DNA of 64,000 nucleotides from Octopus vulgaris (GCA_951406725.2 OX597824.1:71982001-72046000), one strand, 5' to 3'; shown: positions 1 through 14,930, numbered from the stretch's first letter. Program-made: numbers and translations. Notes: a model not told the origin generated them from the letters alone.

Positions 1-597
1 TAATGTCTTCACCACTTGACCCTTTATAACCTCTTCTACTTCACCAAAAGCTAGAATAGAGATAACAAGATCACCAACTAAATCTATTGCTTTCAATGAT
101 ATATCTATTCTTCTGGATCTTTATATAAGCAAGCACACCCCAAGCAAAACTCAACGGAGTTAGTCACGGTCGGTGACGACTCAATGAGAATGAATTCTGT
201 CTGGCCAGCTAGAACCTTGGTCAGAGGGAGAAATGAAGTTTACTGTCAGCAGATAGAGACAACACCCTACAATTCTCTCAAGCTCTAATTCTGTTCTCTT
301 ACAACATCATTCTATCTGTCTCCGCAGTTACTACTAAACAATGAAGAGGACACAAACACAAACTTTACTTCGCATGCTTTTGGATTTATCATAACCTGTC
401 CGTCGAGGCAAAGCAATTGTAACGTAACAGTAAATAAATACTTACTTAAAACTTACATTGTTCCATCTTTCACATCTTACATCATGCAATTATAATAACA
501 AACTCTTATCGTCACAAGTGCTGATTCCCACAAATCATCATAACATTGTATACCCAACCAATAAATAATTATCGTTACACACACACACATATATAAT

Positions 598-646
598 CCC
601 CTGCGTATTATACTCAAAGGCGGTCTATACTCGAGGATTTACGGTA
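598..646. mobile_element. Right terminus of a pogo/Tc2-like DNA transposon (solo TIR remnant)
   Basis: ...tatactcgaggatttacgg-TA resembles the reverse complement of CCGTA...CTCGAGTATA termini; no partner end seen. Confidence 0.4.
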
Positions 647-1028
647 AGCAAAATCGAACACACATACACAAGGTGTGTGCGTTGTTAGATCGGGGGTCGG
701 TTGTGTTTTTAGGCGTAAGAGAATATATTCTCAATGCGCCTGGCTTTAAAACACCTGAAAGTAAGTCATAGGCTAGCGAGATAACTCACATCAGGTCCCT
801 TCTCGGAGCCACAAACATCTATGTTTCATCATAGTTGTGACTTTTCAGTGCCACGTACCGAACAAGCTCTGCTGCAAGCGATATCACCAAATATGACTAT
901 ACGCTAAATAGTTTGAAGACCATCTTCTGGCATGTCCCAACGTTTCATGCCACGGAAAACATTCAAATATGAATTAGAAACACCTCGAACTAACTGCACA
1001 GACACCTTTTGTTTGTGTGTTCGATTTT

Positions 1029-1109
<81 letters not shown>

Positions 1110-1418
1110 AATCTTATATATAAATGGCAATTTTTACCTGTGTGTCTGTTACCAGACTATATCAACAAACTAATCGTCATGAAACTTTGCATACATGTTA
1201 AACTAACATCCAGTTCAATTGTAGGCTAATTGGATTTCAATAAAAATTGATAATGGGCCCTAAAAATCGATAATGGGCTCCCCTACGGGAGTTGGGCTAT
1301 TATATGATAAAATGAGAAGGATGCAAAAAGTGTCAGGTTGATGGAAATGTGGTGGCATAATGAGGGTGGCTGATATCAGAGAAAGGGAGGAGACAGGAAG
1401 AGACAGAGAGACAGGAAA

Positions 1419-1496
<78 letters not shown>

Positions 1497-2090
1497 AGGC
1501 ATGCACAGAGCGGGAGAGATATAATGTGTTTGCTGAAGGGAACAAGGAATTTAAAAACCTTTGTTCTTTAATTTTTACAGATGTTAAATTAACAACTGAA
1601 AGGTAGTAGTGTTTTTATATTTGTTTTCAAATCACTGTGTTAAGATTTGTTAAAACTTTACCAACGTACTGAAACAATAACACTATAGATAATGACTTTC
1701 GTTGTCTTCCATAGCCCATTATTGTCGGGCAGTTTCTACAATAGAATGTCTTATATAATTTTTTGTTTATTCTATATCAGCCCATGCCTTCCCCGACAGA
1801 TAGGCCTCTTGATCAAGACAAATTTATGCAATTTTTGGCAAAAGAATTCCATGACGATCATTTTCCTTTTTAAATTATTTACATGTTTGTTCAACCGTTT
1901 CACATGACTTTATTCATTAAAACTTAGGTCGTCGTAATGCTCTGCTATCGTTTGCTTTAAAAAGAATCCTCCTTGTAATGATTTTGCTTTCATTGTGTGA
2001 TAGCATGTATATATACATATACACAAGGACTCTCAGATTGATAGTGAGGTAGACAGACATACATACATACATACATACATACAGACAGAC

Positions 2091-2172
<82 letters not shown>

Positions 2173-2471
2173 GTAATTGGGTGGAAATATAAATACATGG
2201 AAATATAGTGAGACAGATAAGTAGGTCTGCAGTCAGAAACAAAAAAAGAAGTAAAACGCTCCAATGGAAAACCAAGCGAATAACTAATTCTATTATTGTG
2301 GTCTTTGGTTATTGAAAGTTAGTAACTGTAAAGTAATTACCGTATACTTAAAGGAATATTCGGCACGGTGTAGTGTGGTGGCGTTGAAGTGGATGTTTTC
2401 CTTGTATGTTATTAGAATGCCTAAGCGTCATCAACGGTGTGTACAACAGCACACAGATACATACACTGTGT

Positions 2472-2558
<87 letters not shown>

Positions 2559-2674
2559 TGTTCTTTAGCAGAGATCAAGTATTTCTTTAGCTTATCAGCC
2601 ATCATCACTGTATACCAAACCGGCTGGTAAAGAAAGAGGATTCCAGAGAGGAGTATGTTTTTGAATGAACATCC

Positions 2675-2885
2675 ACCCATCCATCCATCCATCCATCCAT
2701 CCATCCATCCATCCATCCATCCAAACATGCATACATACATACATACATACATACATACATACATACATACATACATACATACATGCATGCATGCATGCAT
2801 GCATACATACATACATACATACATACATACATACATACATACATACATACATACATACATACATACATACATGCATGCATACATA
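2675..2885. repeat. Compound (CCAT)n/(CATA)n microsatellite
   Basis: Direct reading. Confidence 0.95.
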
Positions 2886-3160
2886 CGTACAAGACATGCA
2901 TAACACTAAACATACAAATCTGCACGTATACATACATACCTGCTTACAAAAATACTCTGTTGTTGATGTTGCAATTCCATATATAACTTCGGATCTAGGT
3001 TAGAAACCGGTTCTTTCTCTATTAACAAGAAATCTCGAAATAAAACTGAATAATGACATACATACATACATACATACATGGGATCCTCCCTCACCTCAAA
3101 CTCCCGAATTAATTTCCTATATACGTTTTTGCTTTTTCACTGGTAATACCTTTCTGTGTT

Positions 3161-3228
<68 letters not shown>

Positions 3229-3629
3229 CCTGCTCGCTTAACCAGCGGGGTGGCGTCGTTCGAAGGCTAAAACAATGCGATGTGTAGCAACATTTGAGGT
3301 CTGGTCGGTCACGTGAGATATATATATATATATGAATGTAAATGTTTTCCCGATTAAAATTGTACATCAAGTATGAATCCACAGGGTGATACTCAAGGAT
3401 TCAGCCAAGAGTGCTAATGAAGTTGATGACAGCACTTTTTATTCTTTTGTCCTTCTAATTTCGTATACATACATATGAATGTGTGTGTGTGTATACATAA
3501 CACACGCAGACACACTCTCACACACACGTACATGAACACACGCACGCACATGATCACACACACGCACATGAACACACACACACGTACATGAACACACACA
3601 CGCACGCACACACACATACAGACAGACAT

Positions 3630-3662
<33 letters not shown>

Positions 3663-3689
3663 CGCACACACACACGCACACGCACAAAC

Positions 3690-3759
<70 letters not shown>

Positions 3760-3981
3760 ATATCAGTATTCCCATCTGGCCTGAAATCTCGCGCATTTTA
3801 AAATAATTTCTTCTTCCTCCAACCATTTTTCTTTTTCACTTTCCATCTCTGTTTTTTATTTCAGCATTTTTCTTTTGGTGAAGGACAAGTATCCGAAACT
3901 CTAACATTATTTACCTTCTTTTTAAGCATTAAACTAATACATTTATCAATACTTGTCTTTTCCATGTTTTCTTTCATTTTG

Positions 3982-4107
<126 letters not shown>

Positions 4108-4152
4108 ATATATATATGTATATAGCGCGATAGACAGATAGATAGATTGAAG

Positions 4153-4229
<77 letters not shown>

Positions 4230-4404
4230 TATATATGAAAGTATGTACGTATGTGTTAGACATACATATGCCCACTCGTACATAGATATATGTGAGTGCA
4301 TATGCATATGTGTGTGTGTGTGTGCATGTACGTTAGTACACATGTATGTATGTATGTATTCTCATGCATATAATTGCATATCTAGACTTGTTCATGTATA
4401 CTTG

Positions 4405-4985
4405 AATGATAAACTTCTGGAAAGTTTTATAGACTTTTACAGTTACCGTAATGGATTGAATCTGTAGTCTTCGAATTACCTTTCTCCTTTCTGGTTTTGA
4501 GAAGCCTAATTTCTCAACATTGGTATTTAAGCAGTGTGTCCCAGGGCCCCAATAATTACAAGTATAAATCTGAACTTGTAATCTGGATAGAGTAACTGCA
4601 GATTTCTCAATAGTTCAGCATAGGTATTCTCTTTGTCACTGATCTTCAGCTTTATGTTAACATCCGCTGGGCAGCTAATTTCCACAACTATCCACAGTTT
4701 CTCTTCTCTATCCCAAATCATTATATCAGGTCTGTTGTGCTTACATTTTATTGTTTGTTGTCTTCACTGGGACATTCCAACAGTACTCCTTTTTATTATG
4801 AGTGGCTATGGCTTCTACCATACTGTGGGTTCTTATTTCTTTGTTCTCGGGGTTATTCTTCCAACGGATTTCATTTTAGAGTGCCTTAGCTACAACAGCA
4901 TGTCTCGTCGGTAGATAATACCGTGATGACATTTTCGGACAACTGCTTATGATGTGGGTGATATCTTAGGTGTTAACTCCACAAA
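4405..4985 (-). mobile_element. Decayed R4/Dong-like LINE C-terminus with restriction-like endonuclease
   Basis: Minus-strand peptide pieces SSCPKMSSRYYL..RH, HNRPDIMIWD..VVEISCP..K..Y and VIIGALG..LQIQSI..TVK match the zinc-knuckle plus PD-(D/E)xK region; frameshifted. Confidence 0.75.
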
Positions 4986-5656
4986 GTCTCTGTATGTATA
5001 ATAGCTATATCATCCATGTTTTTCAGTAAACTCTTTTTATCTCTTTATCTATTTATATGTATATATTATGTGCTTAGGTACATGCATGTGTGTGTATGCG
5101 TTTGTGTGTGGTGGTGGGGTGTAGGCGGTGACTGGAAGAATCCCTAGAGCATCGGACAAAATAATTTGCAGAATGTGTTACGGGTCTTTACATTCTGAGT
5201 TCAAATCTTTCCGACATCACCGTTGTTTGTCATGCTTCTGTGGTCGATAAAATAAATTACTGATCAAGTACTGGAGTTGAATTAAACGACTGCTGGGAAG
5301 TGCCGACATGCAAAGGTCTAGCATACCACAATCTAACCCAAATCCTCGCCCAACCGTGGGACTCTAATGACAGGTTACAGACTTGTTGGGAAATATTATA
5401 GTCTCTACAATATATTATGGTCAACACACACGCACATCTAACACACTCACACACTCCTCCGCGCTCGAACACCCACACATACACACGGCATAAATCCTAT
5501 TAACCACACACACACACAACTTTTTGCTAATAGCGTACCCCAATAAAAAGAAGTTGTACGATGTGTGTGTGTGTGTTTGTGTGTGTGTGTATATTGATGA
5601 TGAGAAAACTGAATCTTTAAAGTCATAATCAACCTATTCCTTGTAAAAGTTTACTA

Positions 5657-6175
<519 letters not shown>

Positions 6176-6257
6176 TGTCTGTATCAATCCATGTCTTCAT
6201 ATGTGTGTGTGAGTGTGTTTGTGTGTGTGTGTTTGTGTGTGTGTGCGTGTGTGTGTG

Positions 6258-6584
6258 AAGGTGCATGGCTCAGCTAGAACGTCGGGCTCACAATCATGAG
6301 GTTGTGAATTCGATTCCTGGACAGGGCTGTGTATTGTGTTCTTAAGCAAGACATTTTATTTCATGTTCCTGCAATCCATTCAGCTGTAGAAATGAGTTGC
6401 AACGTCACTGGTGCCAAGCTGTATCAACCTTTACCTTTCCCTTGGATAACATTGGTGTCGTGGAGAGGGGAGACTGGTATGCATGGGCGACTGCTGGTCA
6501 TCCATAAACAACCTTGCTTGGACTTGTGCCTCGGATGGGAATTCTCTAGGTGCAATCTCATGGTCATTCATGACCAAAGGAGAT

Positions 6585-6585
<1 letters not shown>
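6258..6585 (+). mobile_element. tRNA-derived SINE related to family D, diverged
   Basis: GGTGCATGGCTCAG..TTCGATTCCTGGAC head similar to the 33215 and 53110 copies. Confidence 0.6.
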
Positions 6586-6663
<78 letters not shown>

Positions 6664-6696
6664 TATATACATATATATATACATATATATATACAA

Positions 6697-7911
6697 ACGA
6701 GGGGTGTATGAAAAGTCTAGAGCCTAAAAAAAAACATGGTACAAGACTTCTGATGATTTATTTGTCAAAATAGTTAAAGACGGCTGAAAACTTTCTCCAG
6801 CGGTGCTGAAGCGTCGTTATCCAGGCGTAGAAGAACTCTTTTGTTTGAGACTCCAAAAAACTTCCTACAACGTCTATGATGCCATTGTCACTGGCAAAAT
6901 GGCGACCAGCCAGGACTTTTTCTTTTTCCTTTTTGGGAATAGATGAAAGTCAGAGGGGGCTAAGTCTGGCGAATAAGGCGATGGGGAACAAGTTCGTATC
7001 CACAATCACGAATTGTTGCCATGGTAACCACTGAGGAGTGGGCTCTAGCATTGTCGTGAGGAAAAAGGACTCCTCTGGTGAGCATTCCCGGCCTTTTTTC
7101 TTTGATTGCTTCACGAAGGCGTTTCAGTTGCTGAGAATAATGCAGCCCTGTCACGGCTAGACCCTTCTCAAGGTAATCGATCAGCAAGATACCTTGAGAA
7201 TCCCCCGAAACGGACGCCATGAGCTTGTCAGCTGAAGGAAATACCCTGGCCTTCTTTGGGGTAGGAGAAGATGTGTGCTTCCACTGCTTCGATTGTTATT
7301 TGGTTTCAGGCTGGTAGTGATGAACCCAACTTTCGTTCATAGTAATGAAACGAGCAAGAAAATTCTCTTCATCGGCTTCAAACAGTTCCAGATTGCTCGT
7401 GGAGAAAGGCACCTGGTGCGTTTTTGTTCAGGAGCCAAAAGGTGAGGGACCCACCTTGCGGAAACCTTTGAGAACCCAGGTTCTTTTGTCGCAATGTTGT
7501 CTGCTCTTTCAATTGGGATGCCCAGTCTATCTGACGACATGATATTCGGCGATCTTGCATTATCATACCAAGAGCAAGGTTAAGGTTGGAGGTCCTTCTG
7601 GTCTGGGATCATCTTACACACTCTCCCTGCCACGATTGAATTCACTTACTTAGCGTTTGACTGTTGCATATGAAGGAACATTGTCTGATAAGGTTCTCAC
7701 CATATCTTCATGGATTTCTGATGGAGTCATGCCTTTCCCCCCAAAAAGTACTCTATGACAGCACGTTACTCAGTTTTCTCCGATCTTCTTGTTACCCCGA
7801 CACTTGTTTATTCAAAAATCTGCAAAAAAGACTGTACTTACCGGAAAAAATTGTTTCAGCTATCTAGCAGCCCCGTTTCTATGTTAGGCTCAAAACTTTT
7901 CATACATCCCT

Positions 7912-7914
<3 letters not shown>
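6697..7914 (-). mobile_element. Mariner transposon, near full length, pseudogenised transposase
   Basis: TIRs acgaggggtgtatgaaaagt / acttttcatacatccctcgt; motifs KVSARWVPHLL, GILLIDYLEKG, HDNARAH and SPDL. Confidence 0.92.
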
Positions 7915-7963
<49 letters not shown>

Positions 7964-7964
7964 A

Positions 7965-8416
7965 AATTAAAAATACACATTATGTACAGGACATCACCAA
8001 CGAGTGAAAAATACGTAAACAAACAAGGATGAAATACCACAAGACGCTTAACTCCTCCTCAGTTGTCGACTGGTTATTACTACCTGTTTTGAGCTTTCAA
8101 CGACAAGACAGAAAAACTTCATAAGACAACAGCATCCAGAAAACCTTGAAATTAAAATTTATGGAATGTTAGGGCATCGAACGAACAAACGACAGTAGAG
8201 TGGACGTACAAAGTAAACATTCGACGAAGACAGACATTAGGCCAAGACGAATTTTAATGAGTAACGCCTGGGAGAAATTTTTGAAGGACATAGAATAAAT
8301 AGAAGAGGAAAAATAGTAGGAGAGAAAAAATAGTAGAAGAGAAAAAAAATATCGAAAGGTGAGAGAAATTACATCCAGCTGGCTGGACGTCCCATCCCAA
8401 AAAGACAGAGAGACGG

Positions 8417-8420
<4 letters not shown>
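7965..8420. mobile_element. Microsatellite-flanked non-coding repeat, possibly a Penelope-like terminal repeat
   Basis: Bounded by (TG)n and (TA)n; the cctcctcagttgtcg...gttttgag arrangement parallels the 60.5 kb element. Confidence 0.3.
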
Positions 8421-8488
<68 letters not shown>

Positions 8489-8507
8489 ATATATATATAA
8501 TATATAT

Positions 8508-8540
<33 letters not shown>

Positions 8541-9256
8541 TACATACATACATACATACATACATACATACACATACATACACATACTTACAGACATACA
8601 TATATACACTCACATACACTTAAGCAGATACACACACATACACACACACACATACATATATATATGTAAATACATACATAAATACCTACCTACCTACCTA
8701 CCTACCTACCTACCTACATACCTACATACATACATATATACATACATACATAGATGCATACACACATACATACATACATACATACATACATACATACATA
8801 CATACATACATACATACATACATACATACATACATACGTACGTACATACATACTACACTGGGGCAGGTAACACAGGGAAAAGCTTTACTTCTAACAATGT
8901 CTGACGTGATCCATCATGGTTTGCATTTCTAGGTCGAGCAACATGGTCGAGTGGTTTAACAAGGTGTCAGGTCATTCTGTAATTATAGGTCAATTCGAAC
9001 ACAACTCGTGTTTACAGGTGACTTACGTGGTTTGAAAACCAGTCTCTCTCGAATGGAATGCAGTGGCTGTCCCGACTTATTTCTAGTTGGTTACGTCCTC
9101 CCTCCCACCGTATTTGTGACTTTTTCCTCTCTCCGGCTGCCTAATCTCTCTCTCCCTCTCTCATATAAACATATGTTTACATATATATGTGTGTGTATGT
9201 GTGTGTGAATGTGTATGCGTACAAATATTTGTCTGTTTGTCTGTCTGTCTGCCTGC

Positions 9257-9337
<81 letters not shown>

Positions 9338-9462
9338 TATATATATATATATATACATGTATAGGGGGAGAATTCACGAACTCCCCTCCCCCACAAAAGA
9401 CGAAGACAGGTGGTGTAGAAAACAAACAGATGTATTAGTATAACACTCGGGAATTGAAAAAG

Positions 9463-9499
9463 TCTATAACGTTTCGAGCCTACGCTCTTCCACAGAAAG
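9463..9499 (-). ncRNA. Minimal hammerhead-like motif, CUGUGGA core
   Basis: CUUU CUGUGGA A GAGC-GUAG-GCUC GAAACGUUA; stem I imperfect. Confidence 0.4.
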
Positions 9500-9511
9500 G
9501 AATACAGAAAG

Positions 9512-9565
<54 letters not shown>

Positions 9566-9678
9566 CATATATATAAATATAACGGGAAGGTTTACGAAAA
9601 TAAACAAAAGACGAAGGCAGGTGGAGTACAAACAAACAAATGTATTAGTATGGCGCTCAGGAATAGAAATAGAACAAG

Positions 9679-9716
9679 TCTTTTACGTTTCGAGCCTACA
9701 TCCTTCGACAGAAAGA
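9679..9716 (-). ncRNA. Minimal hammerhead-like motif, CUGUCGA core
   Basis: UCUUU CUGUCGA A GGAUGUAGGCUC GAAACGUA AAAGA; 5-bp stem I, palindromic ACGU stem III. Confidence 0.5.
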
Positions 9717-9785
9717 TACACAGAAAAAAAACAAGGAGAGAAAAAAATGCGTGTAGGAGCTAACGATCTATCACGGCGTCCTGAC

Positions 9786-9850
<65 letters not shown>

Positions 9851-10614
9851 ATATATTATATAATTTCAAAGTCTTGAGAAAATTTCAAAATTTGGAGTAT
9901 TGATGAAATTTTCCAAATATGAAATTAATTGGAACAAAAATTGAAGAAATTGAAGAGTGGCAGTCAAACAGAAAAAGATCCGGAGGCTCTTCAAAAGGTC
10001 CCTCGTTCAATAAACTCGGTTTCGCTTGGTTCGATTACATGCCATTTGCCGGTAGGTGGTTGCCTATTGGCTTCGTAGTTTCGAATGGCATGGAATGGAT
10101 ACAGTTTATTTTTTTTAATGGGTTTACATATAGTCGCTCGTAAATAAATGACAAAAAAAAAAAAATAAATAAATAAAAGAATAAGAGAAAGATTATTTTG
10201 GTAAGTATACACATTTTGACGTAAGCATACTTATATAGACACGCATATATGCACCCTAGGTCTCTTGGACAGACAGACACTCACTCACGCAGTTACAGAT
10301 AAGGGTAATGGATTTTCAAGTCGATTAAGACTGTATTAGACAGCTCTCTGTTACACACACGCACGCACACGCACGTACGCACGCACGCACGCACACACAC
10401 ACACACATACACACACACACACACACACAGCTACATCTAGTATTTCTAACATAGAAATGCGTTTACAGTAATTCGGTATTATTTAGCAAAAAAAAAAAAT
10501 TGTCTGTCCCCCATCCTTGGGAAAATACCATAACAGATACCCTTTTTAGTTGCTATTGCTCAGTTATTTGTATTTAGTAATTTACATATTTCGAAATGCT
10601 GATATACATGCGTG

Positions 10615-10645
<31 letters not shown>

Positions 10646-10650
10646 TAATA

Positions 10651-11936
10651 TATTAGGTTATCCCATAAATAATGCGGTTTTTTTATACTTTTATTTTTCA
10701 AAATTAAGATTAACAAACCTCTTTTCTAATCTAAAATATACTCTCCTTCATTTTCTGCAATGCTCTTCCATCTATCTTGTAGACTTGCAAGGCCCCTCTT
10801 TCAAAATTCAACTTGTCCGTGACGGAAAATACTCCTCCAGTACTGTTCTGAACTCGTCAACAGAATTCGTATTTTTTCCGTCCAGATGATTTTGACGACT
10901 TCGGAAAAAATTATAATCAGATAGGGCAATGTCCGGCGAATATGGTGGTTGGGGCATCGTTTCCTATTCAAACTGCTCCAGCCTTTGAAATGTCATCCTT
11001 GCTGTATGTGCACGAGCATTATCCTGATAGAAGAACACCTTCCATCTTGAAACCAAAGACAGTCGTTTCCCTCCTAGCGCTGATTTCAGCCGCTCAAGCT
11101 GTTCGCAGTAGATCTTATCGTTTGGTTTGGGTTTAAAAGTTCAAAGGGGACTAAACCTTTCATATTCTATCAAACAGATAACAACACCTCTCGTGAGCGA
11201 TGGCCTTCTTTAGCCTAGGGTATCGGTCTTTCTCTTTTCCCTACCTACTGTCTTCGGCGCTTGACATTTTTATAGAGAACCCATTTCTCGTCACCAGTCA
11301 CTATTCGGTCCAAAAAAAAAAAAAGGTTCATTCGTGAGACGTGACAGTAAAGAAGAGTACACATTCACTCTCTGCGTGCGATTAGACTCGGAAAGTTTGT
11401 GAGGAAGCCATTGACCCAATTTGCTGACTTTTCCGTTGGCACGCAGGTGTCGATGAATGGTTGAATGACCAAATCCAAGCGTCTCTGCTAGTTCCTCAAC
11501 AGTTACAATGGAATTTTGTTCCACCAGGGTTTGCAGACGTCCTCGTCGAGATCTACTGATCTTCCAGGACGAAGCTTGTCTTCTAGGCTGTAGTTTCCGG
11601 CTCGGAATTTCTAGAAGCACCGTTGACACTGGCTTACGCTTATTGTCTGATCCCCATATACTGCATTAATATCCCTCGCACTTTTCGTTGCGTTGTTGCT
11701 TTTATGGAACCCATAAGGCAAAATATGCCGAATATGCATGCTCCTTTGTCACTTCCATTATAGCCTTGAAAAAATAACAGTTAAAATCAAGCTGCACTCT
11801 TCAAAATTTGCACTAAGAATAAGCACAAGGTAAACTTACTGCTGCTTTTATAGGAAGTTGATGCAGTTAGTTTATCCCGTCCCCCTCTGACTTTTAGCTC
11901 ATACAATTGAAAAAAATTATTTGGGATGACCCATTA
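10651..11936 (-). mobile_element. Mariner transposon, pseudogenised
   Basis: Degenerate TIRs tattaggttatcccataaataat / attatttgggatgacccatta; motifs HSTIHRHL..GQWLPHKL and PPYSPDIALSDY. Confidence 0.9.
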
Positions 11937-12255
11937 CATACGCACGTACACATGTATGTATGTATGTATGTATGTATGTATGTATGTATGTATGTATGTA
12001 TGTATGTATGTATGTATGTATGCATGCATGCATGCATGTATGTATGTATGTATGTATGTATGTATGTATGTATGTATGTATGTATGTATGTATACAAGTT
12101 TAGTATTAACTGTCGAAAAAAAAAGTACCCAATTCCAGGGTAGAAATATTTACATTCTATTTTGATTGAGTCACCTTCTTGATACTCTGAGTTTCACCCG
12201 TATGCACATAGGCTTTTCAGGCAAGTTGTGACAGGAAAATCGCTATCATAGATCG

Positions 12256-13070
12256 TTAGCCACTACACACATTTTTTCTCTCCTTGATTCTCTTCTTGTT
12301 TTTTTCTGTGTCCTTTCTGTAGAAGAGCGTAGACTCGAAACGTAAAAGACTTTTTCTATTCCTGAGCGTTATACTAATACATCTGTTTGTTTTGTACACA
12401 CCTGTTTTCGTCTTTTGTTTTTTCGTAAACTCACCATATATATATATATATATATATCCGACCCTGTCTTTCTGTTGTCCCGCCAATCCTTGGCACGCTC
12501 TCTTTCTTCTCCCCTCCTTAATTCCTTCTTTTTCTCTCTCTTCTCCCCCTCTTTGGTGCCTTTGTCCCTCTTTTTCTCTCTCTCTTTGATTCCTTTGCCC
12601 CTTTTTTCTCTCTCTTCTCTTCTCACATGACCGCCGGTCAACTAGCCTTTCGGCTTCTGAGCACCGCCACGACAACATCGATTTCTTCGTCCGCCGTAAG
12701 GCATTATTTTCCAAATACGCCAGCTAAGCTAAGTTGAACTGTCTAAAGTCGAAAGACACCTGTTGTTTTTGTCCTGTTATTATTATTATTATTGTTGTTT
12801 GTATTTATATTCGTGTGGCATCGTCCGTTTTTCTGTCCTTGTTTCCTATACATTCGATCCTTTTACCAAGAAATCTAATGCTCGTAGCTTAGTTTTTCCT
12901 TGGGGGCTGGCCGGATCGGAGCGATCTCAGGATTAATCAGCCGAAATTGCGAGGATGATCCGGTTCTTGACTGAAGATTAGAGGCTTCGAATGACCCGTC
13001 CGTTTTTTTTATGTCGTCTATTTGAATGTTTTGCGTTCTTGTCCCATTTTGTATTTTTATATATATATTT
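12256..13070 (+). mobile_element. HHR-like terminal repeat (12256-12436) plus adjoining Penelope-like non-coding fragment
   Basis: Homologous to the 9.4-9.8 kb repeats; ends in (TA)n; a CpG-rich segment follows up to a (CA)n tract. Confidence 0.55.
12313..12348 (+). ncRNA. Minimal hammerhead-like motif, CUGUAGA core
   Basis: CUUU CUGUAGA A GAG-CGUAGA-CUC GAAACGUA AAAG. Confidence 0.5.
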
Positions 13071-13093
13071 TACACACACACACACACACACAC

Positions 13094-13179
<86 letters not shown>

Positions 13180-13532
13180 GACTGATATAGATGGGTTTTG
13201 CATAGTGATAGATTTCCAGTTATAGAGTTTAATGATGGGGAGAGTCTGTATTTCGTTTACCCATCCCCTATTCAGCAACCTGCCTTTTCAACTATCATGT
13301 TATTTTTATTTTTCATTCATTATTTTAAATAGTTTATCTGCTATTCAAAACTGTATGCTTCAAACACCTGTTGCCTCTTCTTTTCCTTTTTCTTTCTCTT
13401 CTTTTTCCTTTTGTCTATTTTCTTCCTTTTACCCTCCTTTATTTTTCATTTCCTTTCTATTACTCCCCCTTTTTTTTACTCTTTTCCTCATATTCTGCTT
13501 CCTTCCTTCATTCTTGCACCCCACCCTTATAA

Positions 13533-13533
<1 letters not shown>

Positions 13534-13563
<30 letters not shown>

Positions 13564-13925
13564 TGTATGTATGTATGTATGTATGTATGTATGTATGTAT
13601 GTATTTATACATTTATGTATATGTATGCATTTATGTACATAAGTATGTATGTATGTATGTATGTATGTATGTATGTATGTATGTATGTATGTATGTATGT
13701 ATGTATGTATGTATGTATGTATTTATACATTTATGTATATGTATGCATTTATGTACATAAGTATGTATGTATGTATGTATGTATGTATGCATGCATGCAT
13801 GCATGCATGCATGTATGTATGTATGAATGAATGTATGTATGTATGTATGTATGTATGTATGTATGTATGTATGTATGTATGTATGTATGTATGCATGCAT
13901 GCATGTATGTATGTATGTATGTATG
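13534..13925. repeat. (TATG)n array with an internally duplicated ~40 bp interruption
   Basis: tttatacatttatgtatatgtatgcatttatgtacataa occurs twice between TATG runs. Confidence 0.9.
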
Positions 13926-14067
13926 ATCGTTGACCAATCAATTTGTACGTTAGCAGATAACGGTTTGAGTCACAGTTTTACATTAAAAACAAACTATTTT
14001 TATAACAACGGCCAAAATAGACATAATTCGCGACACAACTCCGTACGGTATTCACTTCTGAATAAAA

Positions 14068-14298
14068 GGCGGCGAGCTGGCAGAAACGTTAGCACGCCGA
14101 GCGAAATCCTTAGCGGTATTTCGTCTGCCGCTACGTTCTGAGTTCAAATTCCGCCGAGGTCGACTTTGCCTTTCATCCTTTCGGGGTCGATAAATTAAGT
14201 ACCAGTTACGCACTGGGGTCGATGGAATCGACTTAGTACCTATGTCTGTCCTTGTTTGTCCTCTCTATGTTTAGCCCCTTGTGGGTAGTAAAGAAATA
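14068..14298 (+). mobile_element. SINE family B, full length with TSD
   Basis: GGCGGCGAGCTGGCAGAA head, GAGTTCAAATTCC B box, GCCTTTCATCCTTTCGGGGTCGAT core; 18-bp TSD ggtattc(a/t)ctt(c/t)tgaata at 14047 and 14299. Confidence 0.92.
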
Positions 14299-14486
14299 GG
14301 TATTCTCTTTTGAATATCTAATGTGAAAACAGTTAAGTGTATTCCTATATTTTGACATATAATTAAATTCTAATTAATTCTAATATATTCTCTGGTCATT
14401 TTCAACTTCATTTCTTCTAATCTCCCACTTGTTTGGATTAATAATAAATAATTCCTGCCTGACTATCTCTCCTCCATCTCTATGTA

Positions 14487-14900
14487 CAAGGGTTAGACAA
14501 AATAATGGAAACATCTTAAAATATCAAACAAATTTATTTTAATATGGGGTAGGACCGCCTTTGGTAGTAATTACAGCTTGAATTCTCCGAAGTATGGACT
14601 CGTACAAAGTTTGAATTGTTTCCACAGGAATTTTTGTCCATTCTTCGGCTGAAACAATCTCCAGTTTTTGTAGTAATGATGGTGGAGGATATCGACTCCT
14701 TACTTGTCATTTTAATGAATTTTAATTACCTTTTTCTGATGATATTTGAAAAGAAACAGCAATTTTAGCTAAACATATTACGCAACACTAATAATAAATA
14801 AAAAAAGCATAAAAATAAACAAGCTTTTGACGGTTTTATAGATATTTCAGAAATACGATACTATGATGCTAGGTATTTCCATTATTTTGTCCAACCTCTG
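14487..14900 (-). mobile_element. Internally deleted Tc1-like element
   Basis: TA TSD, TIRs caagggttagacaaaataatggaaa / tttccattattttgtccaacctctg; retains C-terminal LYESILRRIQAVITTKGGPTPY*. Confidence 0.88.
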
Positions 14901-14930
14901 TACATACATACATACATACACAGACAGATA

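Larger units (their letters stand above)
9361..9785 (-). mobile_element. Two diverged direct copies of an HHR-like terminal repeat (9361-9512, 9580-9785)
   Basis: Shared aaaagacgaa..caggtgg..aaacaaaca.atgtattagtat..cgtttcgagcctac..cagaaag; a third copy at 12256-12436 is in the opposite orientation. Confidence 0.75.

Noticed and set aside
1112-1310. Helitron-like 5' end (TCTTATATATAAA..tgtgtgtctg)
   Set aside because: No clear hairpin/CTAG 3' end found
12965-13005. CUGAAGA..GAA..GUC hammerhead-like string
   Set aside because: Lacks GAAA and the stems do not pair convincingly
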